Source: Octopus vulgaris
Lineage: Eukaryota
Assembly: GCA_951406725.2 (NCBI GenBank)
Contig: OX597837.1
Coordinates: 15,438,001-15,502,000 of the forward strand
Direction of reading: 5' to 3'
Length of the DNA: 64,000 nucleotides
In this document: positions 27,575-40,515 of the stretch, one piece after another
Numbering within the stretch: the first letter of the stretch is position 1
How the letters are laid out: the number at the start of each line of letters is the position of its first letter
The notes under the pieces: generated by a model
What the model saw: only the letters and a program-made list of their open reading frames with translations
The model's database searches: none
Told to the model about the DNA's origin: nothing
Program-made: the position numbers and the translations under genes

Positions 27575-28410
27575 GCATCGTGGTGTACCAGCAGTAATGT
27601 ATCGTAATGTATCGTAGTGTATCGTAGTGTATCGCTGTGTATCAGCTGTGATGGGTGTAACGATTCATGGTGTATCGCAGTGTATCAGCTGCGATACATG
27701 GTTCTGCACCGCGATGTTATCAGCTGTTCTGTATCAATTGTGTCGTGGAATATAATAGTGTATCAACTGTGATGTATCTTGCTATGTCTCGGCGTATCAG
27801 CTGTGATTTATCCTGGCATAATTGTGGTGCATTGTGTTGCATCAGCTCTTATGTATCCTGGTGTGGTGTATCGTTACACCCCACAGTCTATCAACGAAAA
27901 TGTTTCTCGGAGTATTGCAATGTATCGTTGTGTGTCACGGTGTATCAGCTGTGATGTGGCGTGGTGTATCACAGTGTACCAGCATTGTTGTATCAGAGTG
28001 TATCACAGTGTACCAGCATTGTTCTATCATGGAGTATCACAGTGCACCAGCTTTGTTGTATCATAGAGTATTTCGCTGTAACAGCATTGTTGTATCAGGG
28101 TGTATCACGGTATACCGGTAGTGTTGTCTCATGTACCTGCTCTAATGTAAAATCATGTATCACATATCATTTGTATTATGGTGTATTAGCAGTGCTGTAT
28201 CACGGTGTATCACGGTGTATCACGGTATTTCAACTGTCATGTATCATGATCTACGTTGATATATACACAATAATGTATAATAGTGTATCAAAGTGTATCA
28301 TGCGTGATGTGTCAACCTGCATCGCGGTTTATCACTGTGCATCAAGGTGTATTGTGATATTTCATAGTGTGTCATGTGCTGTGCCGAAGTGTATTACCTA
28401 CCGTGATATT
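27575..28410. repeat. degenerate TGTATCA(C/G)-rich cryptic satellite
   Basis: Dozens of tgtatc(a/g) motifs, often ~10 bp apart (gtgtatcacg). Confidence 0.8.
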
Positions 28411-28690
28411 ATGGTTCCTTTGAATTTATGGTTTCTTTGAAGAAGTATACTAATTTGAGCCATGAACTCCCTATTTAAATATGGCAGCTTCAAACACTAG
28501 TTACAAGCAAAAAAAAAAAAATGCGACGTAAGCCACGTCTTTCTATTTCAAATTTTTGAAAATCAGTGAAAACCGTGAAAGTGGTAAAAGCTTTATATAT
28601 AATAATAATAATAAATACTTTATTCGCAATGCATTTTCAACTTCTACTCTTCCCATCTCTCTCTTTCTCTCTCTCTCTCTATATATATAT

Positions 28691-28744
<54 letters not shown>

Positions 28745-28747
28745 TAA

Positions 28748-28955
28748 GGCGGCGAGCTGACAGAAACGTTAGCACGCCGGGTGAAATGCGTAGCCGCATT
28801 TCGGCTACCGTTACGTTCTGAGTTCAAATTCCGCCGAGGTCGACTTGGCCTTTCATCCTTTCGGGGTCGATAAATTAAGTACCAGTTACGCACTGGGGTC
28901 GATGTAATCGACTTAATCCATTTGTCTGTCCTTGTTTGTCCCCTCTGTAGTAAAG

Positions 28956-28960
<5 letters not shown>
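28748..28960 (+). mobile_element. SINE family A copy
   Basis: ggcggcgagctgacagaaacgttagc (A-box-like), gagttcaaattcc (B-box-like), gcctttcatcctttcggggtcgataaa conserved body (resembles the Meta-SINE domain). Confidence 0.85.
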
Positions 28961-29022
<62 letters not shown>

Positions 29023-29495
29023 TATAAAAATTATATATAAAGAAACAAGAACGTGAAATACACAAAGGGACGAACACAGAAAACAGACGGGTCAATCGAA
29101 GCCTTTAATCTTCAGTCAGAAACCGGATCATCATAGCAAATTTCGGTTGATTAATTCTGATATTTGCTCCAACGCGGCCAGCCCCAAGGAAAAACTAAGC
29201 TGTGAGCATTAGATTTCTTGGAAAAAGGAACGAATGTAAACGCAACAAGGACAGAAAAACGGACGAAGCCACACGAATATAAATACAAAAAACGAAAACA
29301 AAAATAAAAATAAAAACAGGAATGGTAATAACAGGATAACAGCAGGTGTCTTACGACTTTAGACAAATTGAGACAAATATAACTTATCTAGCAGGCGTGT
29401 TTGGAAAAAATTGCCTTTTCGGCAGACGGGGAACGATGTTGAACGGGCTGCGGTCACCAACGAAATGGCTTGTTATTCAGCAGATCACATGAGGG

Positions 29496-29527
<32 letters not shown>

Positions 29528-30528
29528 TAAAGACAAGCATATTAAAAGGGGTCCGTGGGAAATCTCATTTAAATAAAAGGGTTGGGAACCACTGTTGGGA
29601 ACCCCTGGATTAGGATAAGATAGTTATAAATGATTGTTGTACTGGAACCTGTTTCAGGTTTTCTGAAGCAAGCAATTCTGAATCGTCGTTCGATTTAGAA
29701 AGAACAAGAATTTTGTTTTACGTAATTGGAAAATTTGCATCGACTTGAAATTTTATTTGATCACATGACAACGATGGCAGGAATCGCCACAGACATTTAG
29801 GATTTCAAAGACGCGAGGCTGCCACAACTGTAACGATTTCCATTTCTATGCAACAATAATAACTTCTAAAGAATGAAAAACAACACGAATCGTAGGATCG
29901 TCTTTTGTCGTTGAATGATGGAAATTCCATTAATGTAAAGGAATGTAAGAAAAATATGTGGGAAACGAGTTCGAATCCTTGCAAGGGCGGTAGTTGCAAA
30001 GTCGTAGTCACAGACTTGAAAGATTCAACAAAATTTTCTGCTTAACCTGTGGATTGCATAAACCGTGACAGAATGAACGTTTTATTGCATCCAATATCAT
30101 TTAACCAATTAGAAACACTAGAAATAGTAACATGAATTCCATTATCAATTACTAAAACCCATGAGAAAGCCTGCCTGGCTCAACGTTTATCGTGGAGGCA
30201 TCAATAGTGAGATCAGTTGTCAGCGGAATCGTAAAATTTACCTCTGGACATTTGGAGAATGAATCATCCATGATTAATACGTAATGTTTGCCAAGAAGAG
30301 GACTGCAATAGTTTGCAAGAACAGATTGCCAAATATCAAATTATAATGAATTAGGAATTCATTTGAAAGTAAGGTTGTCGATTTCGTGAGATTATTGAAC
30401 ACAGTTTTTTCATTGAATTAATGTATTTGATGGCATAAAAGACGCACGAACATATCAGATGCACTCCAGGTGCAGCAGCGCATAGTCTCAGTGCATTAAT
30501 GCATGTAACGCTTATCGCAATCTAATGT

Positions 30529-30742
30529 GGCGTGCCGGCAGAATCGTTAGCACTCCGGACAAAATGCTTAGCGTCATTTCGTCCGTCTTTACATTCTATG
30601 ATCAAATTCCGCCGAGGTCGATTTTGCCCTTCACCCTTCCAGGGTCAATAAAACAAGTGCCAGCTGAGCGCTGGGGTTGATGTAATCGACTTACTCCCTC
30701 CCAAGAAATTGCTGGCCCTGTGCCCCAAAATCCGAAACCAAT
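30529..30742 (+). mobile_element. SINE family A, diverged copy
   Basis: Same modules with more substitutions. Confidence 0.75.
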
Positions 30743-31510
30743 ATTTAAAGCAATCTCGCGATACGCCAATCATAGAAGAAAACATCACTGCATCGAAAAA
30801 GTAAGTTTTGACGATTCCTTTTATAATACAACAACAACAACAACAATAACAACAATAATGATAATGTCTAAGTAAATATTTTCTTTATAGAGTCAGGCTT
30901 TGCAGAAGAGTCTGTCTGGATTAAAATTAGCATATAATAATGAATGTCAGAGGCAAAATTAGCAGATGGGAGGCCCAAATTCGCATATAGTACCCAGTGC
31001 GATTTTTTGCGACAGTTTTGTGGGAAAATACGGTAAGTTCGATCAGCATCGATCTCGGTTGCCAAACAGACGAGAAAGCTAAAGTCTCTGCACAGTTTTC
31101 GTAATGTGAATTGGAACAATAGTGCAATCATTGTAATACAGAACGCTGTTTGAAGTAACGGAAAATCTCCACGCATCGAGAAAAGGTGAAAGGAAATTTT
31201 CATTTCAGTCGCTAACTAAATACCAAAGGCATTTTCTTCTATGATCTAACGATTCTGTCAATGTTATCGACTGCAGGGTTTCATTGGCACGGGTACGTGT
31301 TTTATTGATCCTTGAAGAATGAAAGCAAAATGAGAAAATAAAACATGTAGGAGGAAGAAGATAAAAGACGAGGATGAAAGCCTTGAAATGAAAGGATGCC
31401 ACAACGGAAGGAACGAGAATCGCTGGCGTAGAAGGACAGAATGTCGAACAACAGGTTACGCGTTACATATCGTTGCAACAAATTAATCGACATTATATAG
31501 AAGGTGCGTT

Positions 31511-31593
<83 letters not shown>

Positions 31594-31699
31594 AAAAAGG
31601 TGAGAATATAGGACATTTGATAAGCGAACATAGCTGAAAGAATGTAAGAACAGACATAATGGTATTGCATGGATTGTGTATTGACTAAAAGAAACGTAA

Positions 31700-33073
31700 T
31701 TCAGGTTGGAACGTAAATCCTGTCGCATTTTTTGACATAATCACTTTGAGGATAAACTTTTGCAATACAGAAAATTACCATTAATTTTTATAACCTAAAT
31801 TTTTACCTTTTTTCTTTTCTTTCTTTTCACATGACCCTTAGTGTGGGTGGGTTTCCCATAAGATTTTGTTGTTAAAATTTATGTCCAATAAACTGGTTAC
31901 GCTTCTACAGAAACTATTTTAATCAATTTTTATACGACTCCTAATAATATTTAATTATTAAACTATATTAGGATGTTTTTAAACAGGGAATGGTTGTGAG
32001 AGTCCATCAGAGTGAAACAGGAATCAAAGGGATGGTGGGGTCCATAAGCAAACAATGGTTGAGAACCGCTGTTTTATACAATTGCGGTTAAATTCGTATC
32101 AATTTTCTCTTTTTAAAATGGGTTTAGATCAGACCCTTCTGCAACAATAGAAGCAGCCAAAAACATCTTCGTTCTGTCTTTGGACACACCAACAATGCTT
32201 TGGCCAGTTTCGTACGGGAAAATTTTCTCTCTAGATTTCCCCTGCAATATTGAACTCTTGGAAATCCTGGTTGACGGAAAGCCAAAGCAAACTGCTTGAA
32301 AATTAGCAGAACAGTTCGAATCTCACTTCGATCATTAAAACAACTTCATGAACTAAGAAAAGTATCTGAACCTCGTCATTGAGTTTCTCATCGTTTAACT
32401 GCTTCTTAGTTTCATCAAAGATTTGCCGTGCGTTCGTCATAGAAAAGAAGACTTGCTACCGAACGTTTCTTGAGTAAAATCATCCATAAATGATGAACAG
32501 TGGATTCTCTATGATCATGTTCAACGAAAAGAAGAATGGTTAGCATTCAATGAAAAAGGAGAATTCATCCCTAAACCAGGAATACACTTGAAGAAAGTTA
32601 TGCTCTGTGTTTGATGGCGAATGTCGTCTGTCAGGAAGTGATAAACCAAAACGAAACAATTAATGCAGAGAAATATTGTCGTCAGTTGAAAGCATTGCTC
32701 TAAAATTTGCAGAAAAAGAGCCCTTCATTAGCCAATGGCAAAGGAGTGTTGCTCTTAAACGATAATACAAAACCAGATATAGTCCAAGTCACTAAATATG
32801 GAAGTTTTGTCTCATTCTCTTTACTCTCTTAACCTTGCTCCTTCTGACTATCAATTTTTCTGATCATAACAACATTATTCAGAGGGAAAGTAGTTTATTA
32901 ATTATGAAGAGGTTAAAAATGATATTGAGAGTTTCATTGCTTTAAAACGTGAAACATTTTACGCCCGAAAGATCAATAATTGGCCGAATAGATTGGGATA
33001 AATCAATTAAGACTAAATAAGCGTCTGTTTCGTTTCCATCTTGAAATGCGACAGGACTTTCTTTCCAACCTAA
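31700..33073 (+). mobile_element. mariner (DD34D-type) DNA transposon, decayed, with both TIRs
   Basis: Left TIR ttcaggttggaacgtaaatcctgtcgcattt (31700-31730) and right TIR aaatgcgacaggactttctttccaacctaa (33044-33073) followed by TA. A probable hAT-type MITE end (ggttgagaaccgctg, ~32057-32071) is nested inside. Confidence 0.85.
32260..33000 (+). pseudogene. mariner transposase pseudogene
   Basis: Ordered motifs *VSHRL (WVPHEL), NDEQWILYDHVQRK, PKPGIHLKKVMLCV*W, ETINAEKYCRQL, GVLLLNDNTKP (HDNARPH), HSLYSLNLAPSDYQFF (YSPDLAPSD), with stops and frameshifts. Confidence 0.9.
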
Positions 33074-33344
33074 TAAATGGTACGAATATCATCGATTTTG
33101 TGGAAGAGGGGGCGATTATCTCTAAATAAAATAATCCCTTTTGTTATTCATGTGTATGTCATCTTTAAGAGATTAATCTAATCCGTAAATATTTTATTGT
33201 CCAACAGCAATCAATGTGAAGCGTTATATAACCATTCTTCTCTCACTACTTCGATATGTACAGTGAACTCCATGCTTCACTGAAAAGGTGATGTAATAAG
33301 GTCGAAACATTACCGCAGTTGCCTTTCATACTTCTCTATTTTAC

Positions 33345-33580
33345 ATTATTTACATTCGACGGATATTTGTCCTCATCTTGTTTGTTGTTAACAGAACATT
33401 TCGGTTGATATACTCTCCAGCCGTCATCAGGTGTCTTGGGGGAAATTTTGAACCTGGGTTCTCATTCCTAAAGTTCGAAATTTCTCCAAGACACCTGATG
33501 AAGGCTGGAGAGTATATCAGCCGAAACGTTGTGTTAACAACAAACAAAATGAGGACAAATATCCGTCAAATGTAAATAAT
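33345..33580. mobile_element. fold-back PLE pLTR pair with hammerheads
   Basis: Arms 33345-33453 and 33473-33580 with a 19-nt spacer; explains the mirror ORFs 33350-33547 and 33378-33575. Confidence 0.8.
33490..33535 (+). ncRNA. minimal type-I hammerhead ribozyme, canonical core
   Basis: GACAC-CUGAUGA-A-GGCUG(gagaguauau)CAGCC-GAAA-CG-UU-GUGUU. A mutated inverted copy is at 33390-33435. Confidence 0.85.
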
Positions 33581-33867
33581 CTAAATAATGTACATAAGTC
33601 CTCCTCGTCTCTTAAATATAGAACTGGATTCTCTCTTTAATCCAAACCATATTATTCGGTGAATAATATTGGTTTCCTCTTTCATCACATTAACTCTACT
33701 TGTATTCAATATGTTGACATTATCTGTCTGTCTGTCTGCCTGTCTAACTAATTAACCAATTAACGCAACTAGTTATCTTCTGGCTTTCTCTCTGTGTCTG
33801 CTTCATTATTTTTCATTACTTTCAGAATATTCTCTGCTATAAATTTGTCACTACAGACTTACCCCTT

Positions 33868-34006
<139 letters not shown>

Positions 34007-34544
34007 GTCTGTCTGTCTGTCTCTATTTATTTGTCTGTCTGTAAATATGTATGTATATATGTACATATACATATGTACATGTATATATGTGTGTGCGAGT
34101 GTATGTATGTATGTATGTATGTATGTATGTATGTATGTATGTATGTATGTATGTATGTATGTATGTATGTATGCATGTATATATGTGTGCTTGCATGCAT
34201 GCAAGTATGTAATTTAAATACGTTTATCTGTCTCGCCTCATAATTCTAATTATGCGTCTTAAAAGCTCTCTATATTAAATATATTAACATTAATATGTTA
34301 ATATCAACTCATTTACTTGTTTGTATATTATCATCTATTCACCTGTCTCACCTCTCGAATATTTCTAGTTAGTGTTTTAATGCTCCTTTATATTATATCT
34401 ATTAAACATTATCTCACCTGCCTCTCTGTCTGTCTACCTGTGCATCTGTCTTTCTCTCCACATAAATATTTCTAGTTTAGCTTACTCGAAATCGCACGAT
34501 GTTGTATATATTAATACTAACTTAACTGGTGTGATACTAGGTTG

Positions 34545-34933
34545 CATAATAGTTATTGTGTTTAACCAGAAGAAAACAGAGTAAAAAAATCAATACTGAT
34601 ATTGTAATATCCTGGCAGACTAGAATTGGAATTAAAAAACGGAATAAATTAGGAATTGGTGGAGACCATAAGTGTGAATTTACATCATGTAGTTGAAATA
34701 TTTAGAATGGCTTCTAAGAGAAGAGATTGGTCTGTGATGGGAATTAAAAGTGATGTAGAATATCCCATCCCTAAAAAAATAGCTTTCTGGTGTATTTAGA
34801 AGAGTAAGAATGGAATATTGGACAACTGAGACCCAGGTAGCATTTGCATTGTCTGTGATATTGATTGAAATCTAAGACTTCCTAGAATTCGCTTCTGAGT
34901 ACAAGATTCTCTTATCGAAAACACTCGAAGAGA
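34545..34933 (+). mobile_element. very decayed RLE non-LTR 3' end preceding the first (TAA)n tract
   Basis: Broken IVIVFNQKK..DIVI-PG..RIGIKK..LKKIA..FRRV, reminiscent of an RLE C-terminus. Ends cgaaaacactcgaagagaaa + (TAA)n, similar to cgaaaacactcggcgagaaa at ~35539. Confidence 0.35.
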
Positions 34934-34957
34934 AATAATAATAATAATAATAATTAC

Positions 34958-35055
<98 letters not shown>

Positions 35056-35082
35056 TAATAATAATAATAATAATAATAATAA

Positions 35083-35358
35083 CTAGAATGTGGAACCTGA
35101 AAACAGAAACAATTCCTATCATAGTAGGTGCATTAGGCATGATAAAAAAATATTCAGACAAATACATAACAAAAACACCAGGACTTACAAACACATATAA
35201 CATACAGAAAATTGCACTACTAGGCACTGCACACATCCTACACAGAACACTTTCCATACAATAACCATCAGAGCATCACAACAAATCACAGCACATACCC
35301 AAGGCACACAGAGCTGCGCTCGGTAGTGAAGTGAAAGCACGCTATAAAAATAAAGCTA

Positions 35359-35361
<3 letters not shown>
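35083..35361 (+). mobile_element. R4/Dong-like non-LTR retrotransposon, 5'-truncated copy 1
   Basis: Near identical to the last ~280 bp of 35673-37504; (TAA)n on both sides. Confidence 0.9.
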
Positions 35362-35404
<43 letters not shown>

Positions 35405-35593
35405 GAGCATTATCGCTGTGAAAACAACATACATTCATGAATTTATTTATTTATTAATTTTTTAAATACATATTTTACCTGTGAATTTGCGCGTGTAATC
35501 TAGGAGTGCATACAATGGTCTTCTCTGCCCTAGGTGTACGAAAACACTCGGCGAGAAACGGAAGAAAATTTGAAGAAAGAAGGGATAATAATG

Positions 35594-35672
<79 letters not shown>

Positions 35673-35674
<2 letters not shown>

Positions 35675-37504
35675 GGTAAACAGTCCTACACCTCCAAACA
35701 AAAGAGGGACTCATGAAAACCAAAGACATCCCCATTAGAAGAGGAATATTCCAGGGAGACACGCTCTCTCCACTCCTTTTCTGATATGCTAAATAGAACT
35801 GGATGCGGATATAAATGTTACGGCAAAACGATCAGCCACCTTTTATATATGGATGACCTAAAACTATACGCTGCAAATGACAAACAGCTGGAAACACTAT
35901 TAAAGACAGTTCATGGATTTACCAAAGAAATAGATATGAAATTTGGATTAGAAAAATGCGCCAAAGTAACCATGAAAAGAGGAAAACTAGTTAAGAGTAA
36001 CAACATCACACTAGATAAAACCAATGAAATAAAAGAATTAGACCAAAACCAAACTTACAAATACTTAGGAATCCACGAACTAGATAAGACACAACACACA
36101 CAAATGAAAGAGAAAATAAAAAAAGAATATTATAGACGAGTTAGATCAATACTAAAAACAGAGCTCAATGCTAAAAACAAGATAATAGGTATCAACACTT
36201 TAGCTGTCCCAGTTATAAGTTACAGCTACAACATCCTTAACTGGACACGAAATGAACTGTCCAAAATAGATAGGAAAACAAGAAAAATACTGACAGGATC
36301 TAGGATGCATCACCCAAAATCTGACATAGAAAGACTATATATACAACGTATAGAAGGTGGTAGAGGCCTTATACAGCTGGAAAACTACTATAAAATAACC
36401 ACCATAGGACTGCAAAAATACCTTCTTCAGAAGGAAGGAAAACTGATCCAGATAGCAGCAAAACACGAGCAAAACAAAAAACTGTTCTCAGTATTTAAGG
36501 AAGCTGACAAATACAAACATGAAATCATACCACCTAATAAACACAAAGAAGAAGAAGAAGATGATGAAGAAACAACAAAAGCTATAAAACAAATGAAATC
36601 CAAACTAAAAATAGAACAGCAACGAGCCATGATAAAACGATGGCAAGAAAAGTCCCTTCATGGTAAATACTGCACTAAACTAAACGCAAAAGAAATAGAC
36701 AAAGAAAAATCCCAGCAATGGTTGAGAAGCTCAGGACTCAAAGCAGAAACAGAGGGATTTTTAATTGCAGCACAAGACCAAAGCCTCCCCACCAGAAATT
36801 ACCAAAAACATGTAATGAAAAGAAATATTACAAGTAACTGCAGAATATGTGGAGATGGACAAGAAACAATAAATCATATTATCTCTAGCTGCCCAGTCCT
36901 AGCTAAGAAGGAATATATTCACAGACATGACAGAGTTGGAACCTACATACATTGGAAGCTATGCCAACATTATGGAATAACAACAGAAAAAAGATGGTAT
37001 AGGCACACACCAGAAAAGGTCACAGAAAACGAGAAAGCAACCATACTCTGGGATATGCCGATACACACAGATAGAGAAATTAAGGCCAACAGACCAGATA
37101 TAGTTGTCAGAGATCATGAAGAAAAAAATGCTTTCTAATTGATGTATCAATACCGGCAGATGACAACGTGTCTCTAAAAGAAATGGAGAAACTTTCAAAA
37201 TACAAAGACCTGGAAATAGAGGTAACTAGAATGTGGAACCTGAAAACAGAAACAATTCCTATCATAGTAGGTGCATTAGGCATGATAAAAAAATATTCAG
37301 ACAAATACATAACAAAAACACCAGGACTTACAAACACATATAACATACAGAAAATTGCACTACTAGGCACTGCACACATCCTACACAGAACACTTTCCAT
37401 ACAATAACCATCAGAGCATCACAACAAATCACAGCACATACCCAAGGCACACAGAGCTGCGCTCGGTAGTGAAGTGAAAGCACGCTATAAAAATAAAACT
37501 ACTG
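35673..37504 (+). mobile_element. R4/Dong-like RLE non-LTR retrotransposon, 5'-truncated copy 2 (1.8 kb)
   Basis: RT motifs RGIFQGDTLSPLLF, HLLYMDDLKL, FGLEKC, YKYLG and GGRGL; zinc knuckle CRIC..ETINHIISSC; RHD; RPD..D..K restriction-like endonuclease; 97-nt 3' UTR; flanked by (TAA)n on both sides. Confidence 0.95.
35786..37407 (+). pseudogene. RT (C-terminal part)-CCHC-RLE polyprotein, truncated and frameshifted
   Basis: ORF 35786-37138 joins the -1 frame at the A7 run (37122-37128), continuing CFLIDVSIPADDNVSLKEMEK...LLGTAHILHRTLSIQ* to 37407. A small deletion/frameshift is at ~35783. Confidence 0.9.
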
Positions 37505-37528
37505 AATAATAATAATAATAATAATAAT

Positions 37529-37885
37529 CAATACCGGCTGATGACAACGTGTCTCTAAAAGAAATGGAGAAACTCTCAAAATACAAAGACCTGGAAATAG
37601 AGGTAACTAGAATATGGAATCTGAAAACAGAAACAATTCCTATCATAGTAGGTGCATTAGGCATGATAAAAAAATATTCAGACAAATACATAACAAAAAC
37701 ACCAGGACTTACAAACACATATAACATACAGAAAATTGCACTACTAGGCACTGCACACATCCTACGCAGAATACTTTCCATACAATAACCATCAGAGCAT
37801 CACAACAAATCACAGCACATACCCAAGGCACACAGAGCTGTGCTCGGTAGTGAAGTGAAAGCACGCTATAAAAATAAAACTACTG
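37529..37885 (+). mobile_element. R4/Dong-like 5'-truncated copy 3
   Basis: Same 3' end with private SNPs; (AAT)n on both sides. Confidence 0.9.
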
Positions 37886-37901
37886 AATAATAATAATAAT
37901 G

Positions 37902-37956
<55 letters not shown>

Positions 37957-37957
<1 letters not shown>

Positions 37958-38654
37958 CAAAAACATGTAATGAAAAGAAATATAACAAGTAACTGCAGAA
38001 TATGTGGAAATGGACAAGAAACAATAAATCGTATTTTCTCTGGCTGCCCAGTCCTGGCTAAGGAGGAATATATTCACAGACACGACAGAGTTGGAACCTA
38101 CATACACTGGAAGCTATGCCAACATTATGGAATAACAACAGAAAAAAGATGGTATAGGCACACACCAGAAAAGGTCACAGAAAATGAGAAAGCAACCATA
38201 CTCTGGGATATGCCGATACACACAGATAGAGAAATTAAGGCCAACAGACCAGATATAGTTGTCAGAGATCATGAAGAAAAAAATGCTTTCTAATTGATGT
38301 ATCAATACCGGCAGATGACAACGTGTCTCTAAAAGAAATGGAGAAACTTTCAAAATACAAAGACCTGGAAATGGAGGTAACCAGAATGTGGAATCTAAAA
38401 ACAGAAAATTCCTATCATAGTAGGTGCATTAGGCATGATAAAAAAATATTCAGACAAATACATAACAAAAACACCAGGACTTACAAACACATATAACATA
38501 CAGAAAATTGCACTACTAGGCACTGCACACGTCCTACGCAGAACACTTTCCATACAATAACCATCAGAGCATCACAACAAATCACAGCACATACCCAAGG
38601 CACACAGAGCTGCGCTCGGTAGTGAAGTGAAAGCACGCTATAAAAATAAAACTA

Positions 38655-38657
<3 letters not shown>
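37957..38657 (+). mobile_element. R4/Dong-like 5'-truncated copy 4
   Basis: CCHC + RLE + 3' UTR with private SNPs and an indel; (AAT)n on both sides. Confidence 0.9.
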
Positions 38658-38726
<69 letters not shown>

Positions 38727-39538
38727 CGTCTCTACTATAGACACATTGGCTTGAAATTTGGAGAGAAGGAGCTTGTCCATTCCATCGAGCTCCGTGTTCG
38801 GTTGGTATTTAATTTATCAGCTTCGGCGGAATTTGAGCAGTTTTGACTGGTGGCTGACTAATTTGTCAGGTGAAAAAAGAAAATGAACAGCTGGCAATAA
38901 ACAATGAAAGACTAGAGAAGAAAGCTCCAGGCAAAAAAAAAAAAAAAAAAAGGAAAGAAAGAAAAGAAAAGCCTAATGTTTTATAAATAGAATGATAAGA
39001 ATATAAGAGTAGTTTTTTTTAGAAAGAGTTAGGGTGATTATGAAGGAAGGAAGGAAGGCGAGAGTGAAAGTAAATGGATGCTGAAAAGACAAGGGTGTCT
39101 GAGTTGGTAGATATTCTCAGTATGTAGAGACTGATAAATAAATGCCCCTGGGCATTTCCCCCCTTGCCCCACCATCCTGATTTAGACTCAAGGCCAGTCA
39201 TTTTGATTATACCGACCCCCCAATATTTGATTTGATTGGTACTTTATTTGCAACCCTGGGGAAGTTATGGCAAAGTAGTCCCCAGCAGGATTTGAACTCA
39301 GAATGTATGATTCAAAGGAAACACCAGAGGACGTCTTACCCAACGCCTTACCAATTCTGTCAATCCTAATAATAATTGATCCTAACGAAATACCGATTCG
39401 TCTCCATATATATTTATCAAATATCTATAAAACCAGAATAATTATACTTAAATATGTATGCAGTTCATCTTTATTTTACATGACAGTCGACACCTACAAG
39501 CTTAAATACAAATCTAACACAGAGTTAGCCAAAATAAT

Positions 39539-39757
39539 ACTTTCTAATTTTCACACAAGGCCAGCAATTTTAGGAGGAGAGAGTTAATCAATTACATTTC
39601 CCCCAGAGTTTAACTGGTACTTAATATATCGACCCCCGAAAGGATGAAAGGCAAAGTTGACCTTGGTAGAAATTGAACTCAGAACATGAAACCAGAAGAA
39701 ATGCTACTAAGCATTTTGTCCGGTGTGCTAACGATTCTGCCAAGCTTGCTGCCTTAA
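39539..39757 (-). mobile_element. SINE family A copy with 14-bp TSD
   Basis: ttagccaaaataat at 39525-39538 and 39758-39771. Confidence 0.85.
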
Positions 39758-39954
39758 TTAGCCAAAATAATTACAGAAATAAAAGTAAATGAAAGCTACT
39801 TCTATCATTAATTATAAGACTAATAGCTTAGTCTTATAGCTTTCGTTAAGCCTGCTTTGACCATTCTCCTAAACTATAAACAAAAATAATAACAAATAAT
39901 TAAAAAAATAATGAAAATCAATGGCTACAACTAAAAGACCAAAAGACCCAACAA

Positions 39955-40515
39955 ATCTCAGTTTGGCTTCGGAAAATGTGCCAAAGCAACCTTGAAAAGA
40001 AGACAAATAGTTAAGAGAAACAATGCCACAATTGATCAAAGAAAATGAAATAAGAGAATTAGACCAAAGCTAGATACATAAATACTTTTGGAATCAATAA
40101 ACTAGACAAGGTACGACACACGCAAATGAAAGAGAAGATAAGGAATGTTACAGGTGTGTCAGAGTGATACTTCAAACAGAACTTGATGCGCAAAACAAAG
40201 TTATAGGTAAATAGTATAGCTGTCCCAGTTATAAGTTATAGTAATTGAACTAACCAAGCTGTTCAGAAAAAAACAAGAAAAACAGTGACAGAATTTAGAA
40301 TTCATCAGCAAAATCTGACATAGAAAGGTTACATATACAACAAACTGAAAGTGGTAGAGGCCTTATGCAACTAGAAAACTACAATGAAATAACCACCATA
40401 GGATTACAGAAATACCAAACCCAGAACCAAGAAAAACTGGTTCAAATAACTGCAAAGCATGAGCAAAATAAAAAAACAAACTATTTTCTGTCTTTAAGGA
40501 AACCGAAAAATACAA
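39955..40515 (+). pseudogene. older, diverged internal fragment of the same R4/Dong-like lineage
   Basis: Colinear with ~35940-36515 (FGFGKCAK..., SDIERLHIQ..SGRGLMQLENY..TTIGLQKY..AKHEQNKK), with many stops and indels. Confidence 0.85.

Noticed and set aside
37107-37400. Antisense ORFs over the RLE copies (MESVLCRM...)
   Set aside because: Shadow frames of the plus-strand retrotransposon coding sequence, repeated only because the element is repeated.
34933-38724. Repeat-spacer alternation superficially like a CRISPR array
   Set aside because: The repeats are variable-length (TAA)n and the 'spacers' are homologous retrotransposon 3' ends; eukaryotic context, no cas genes.
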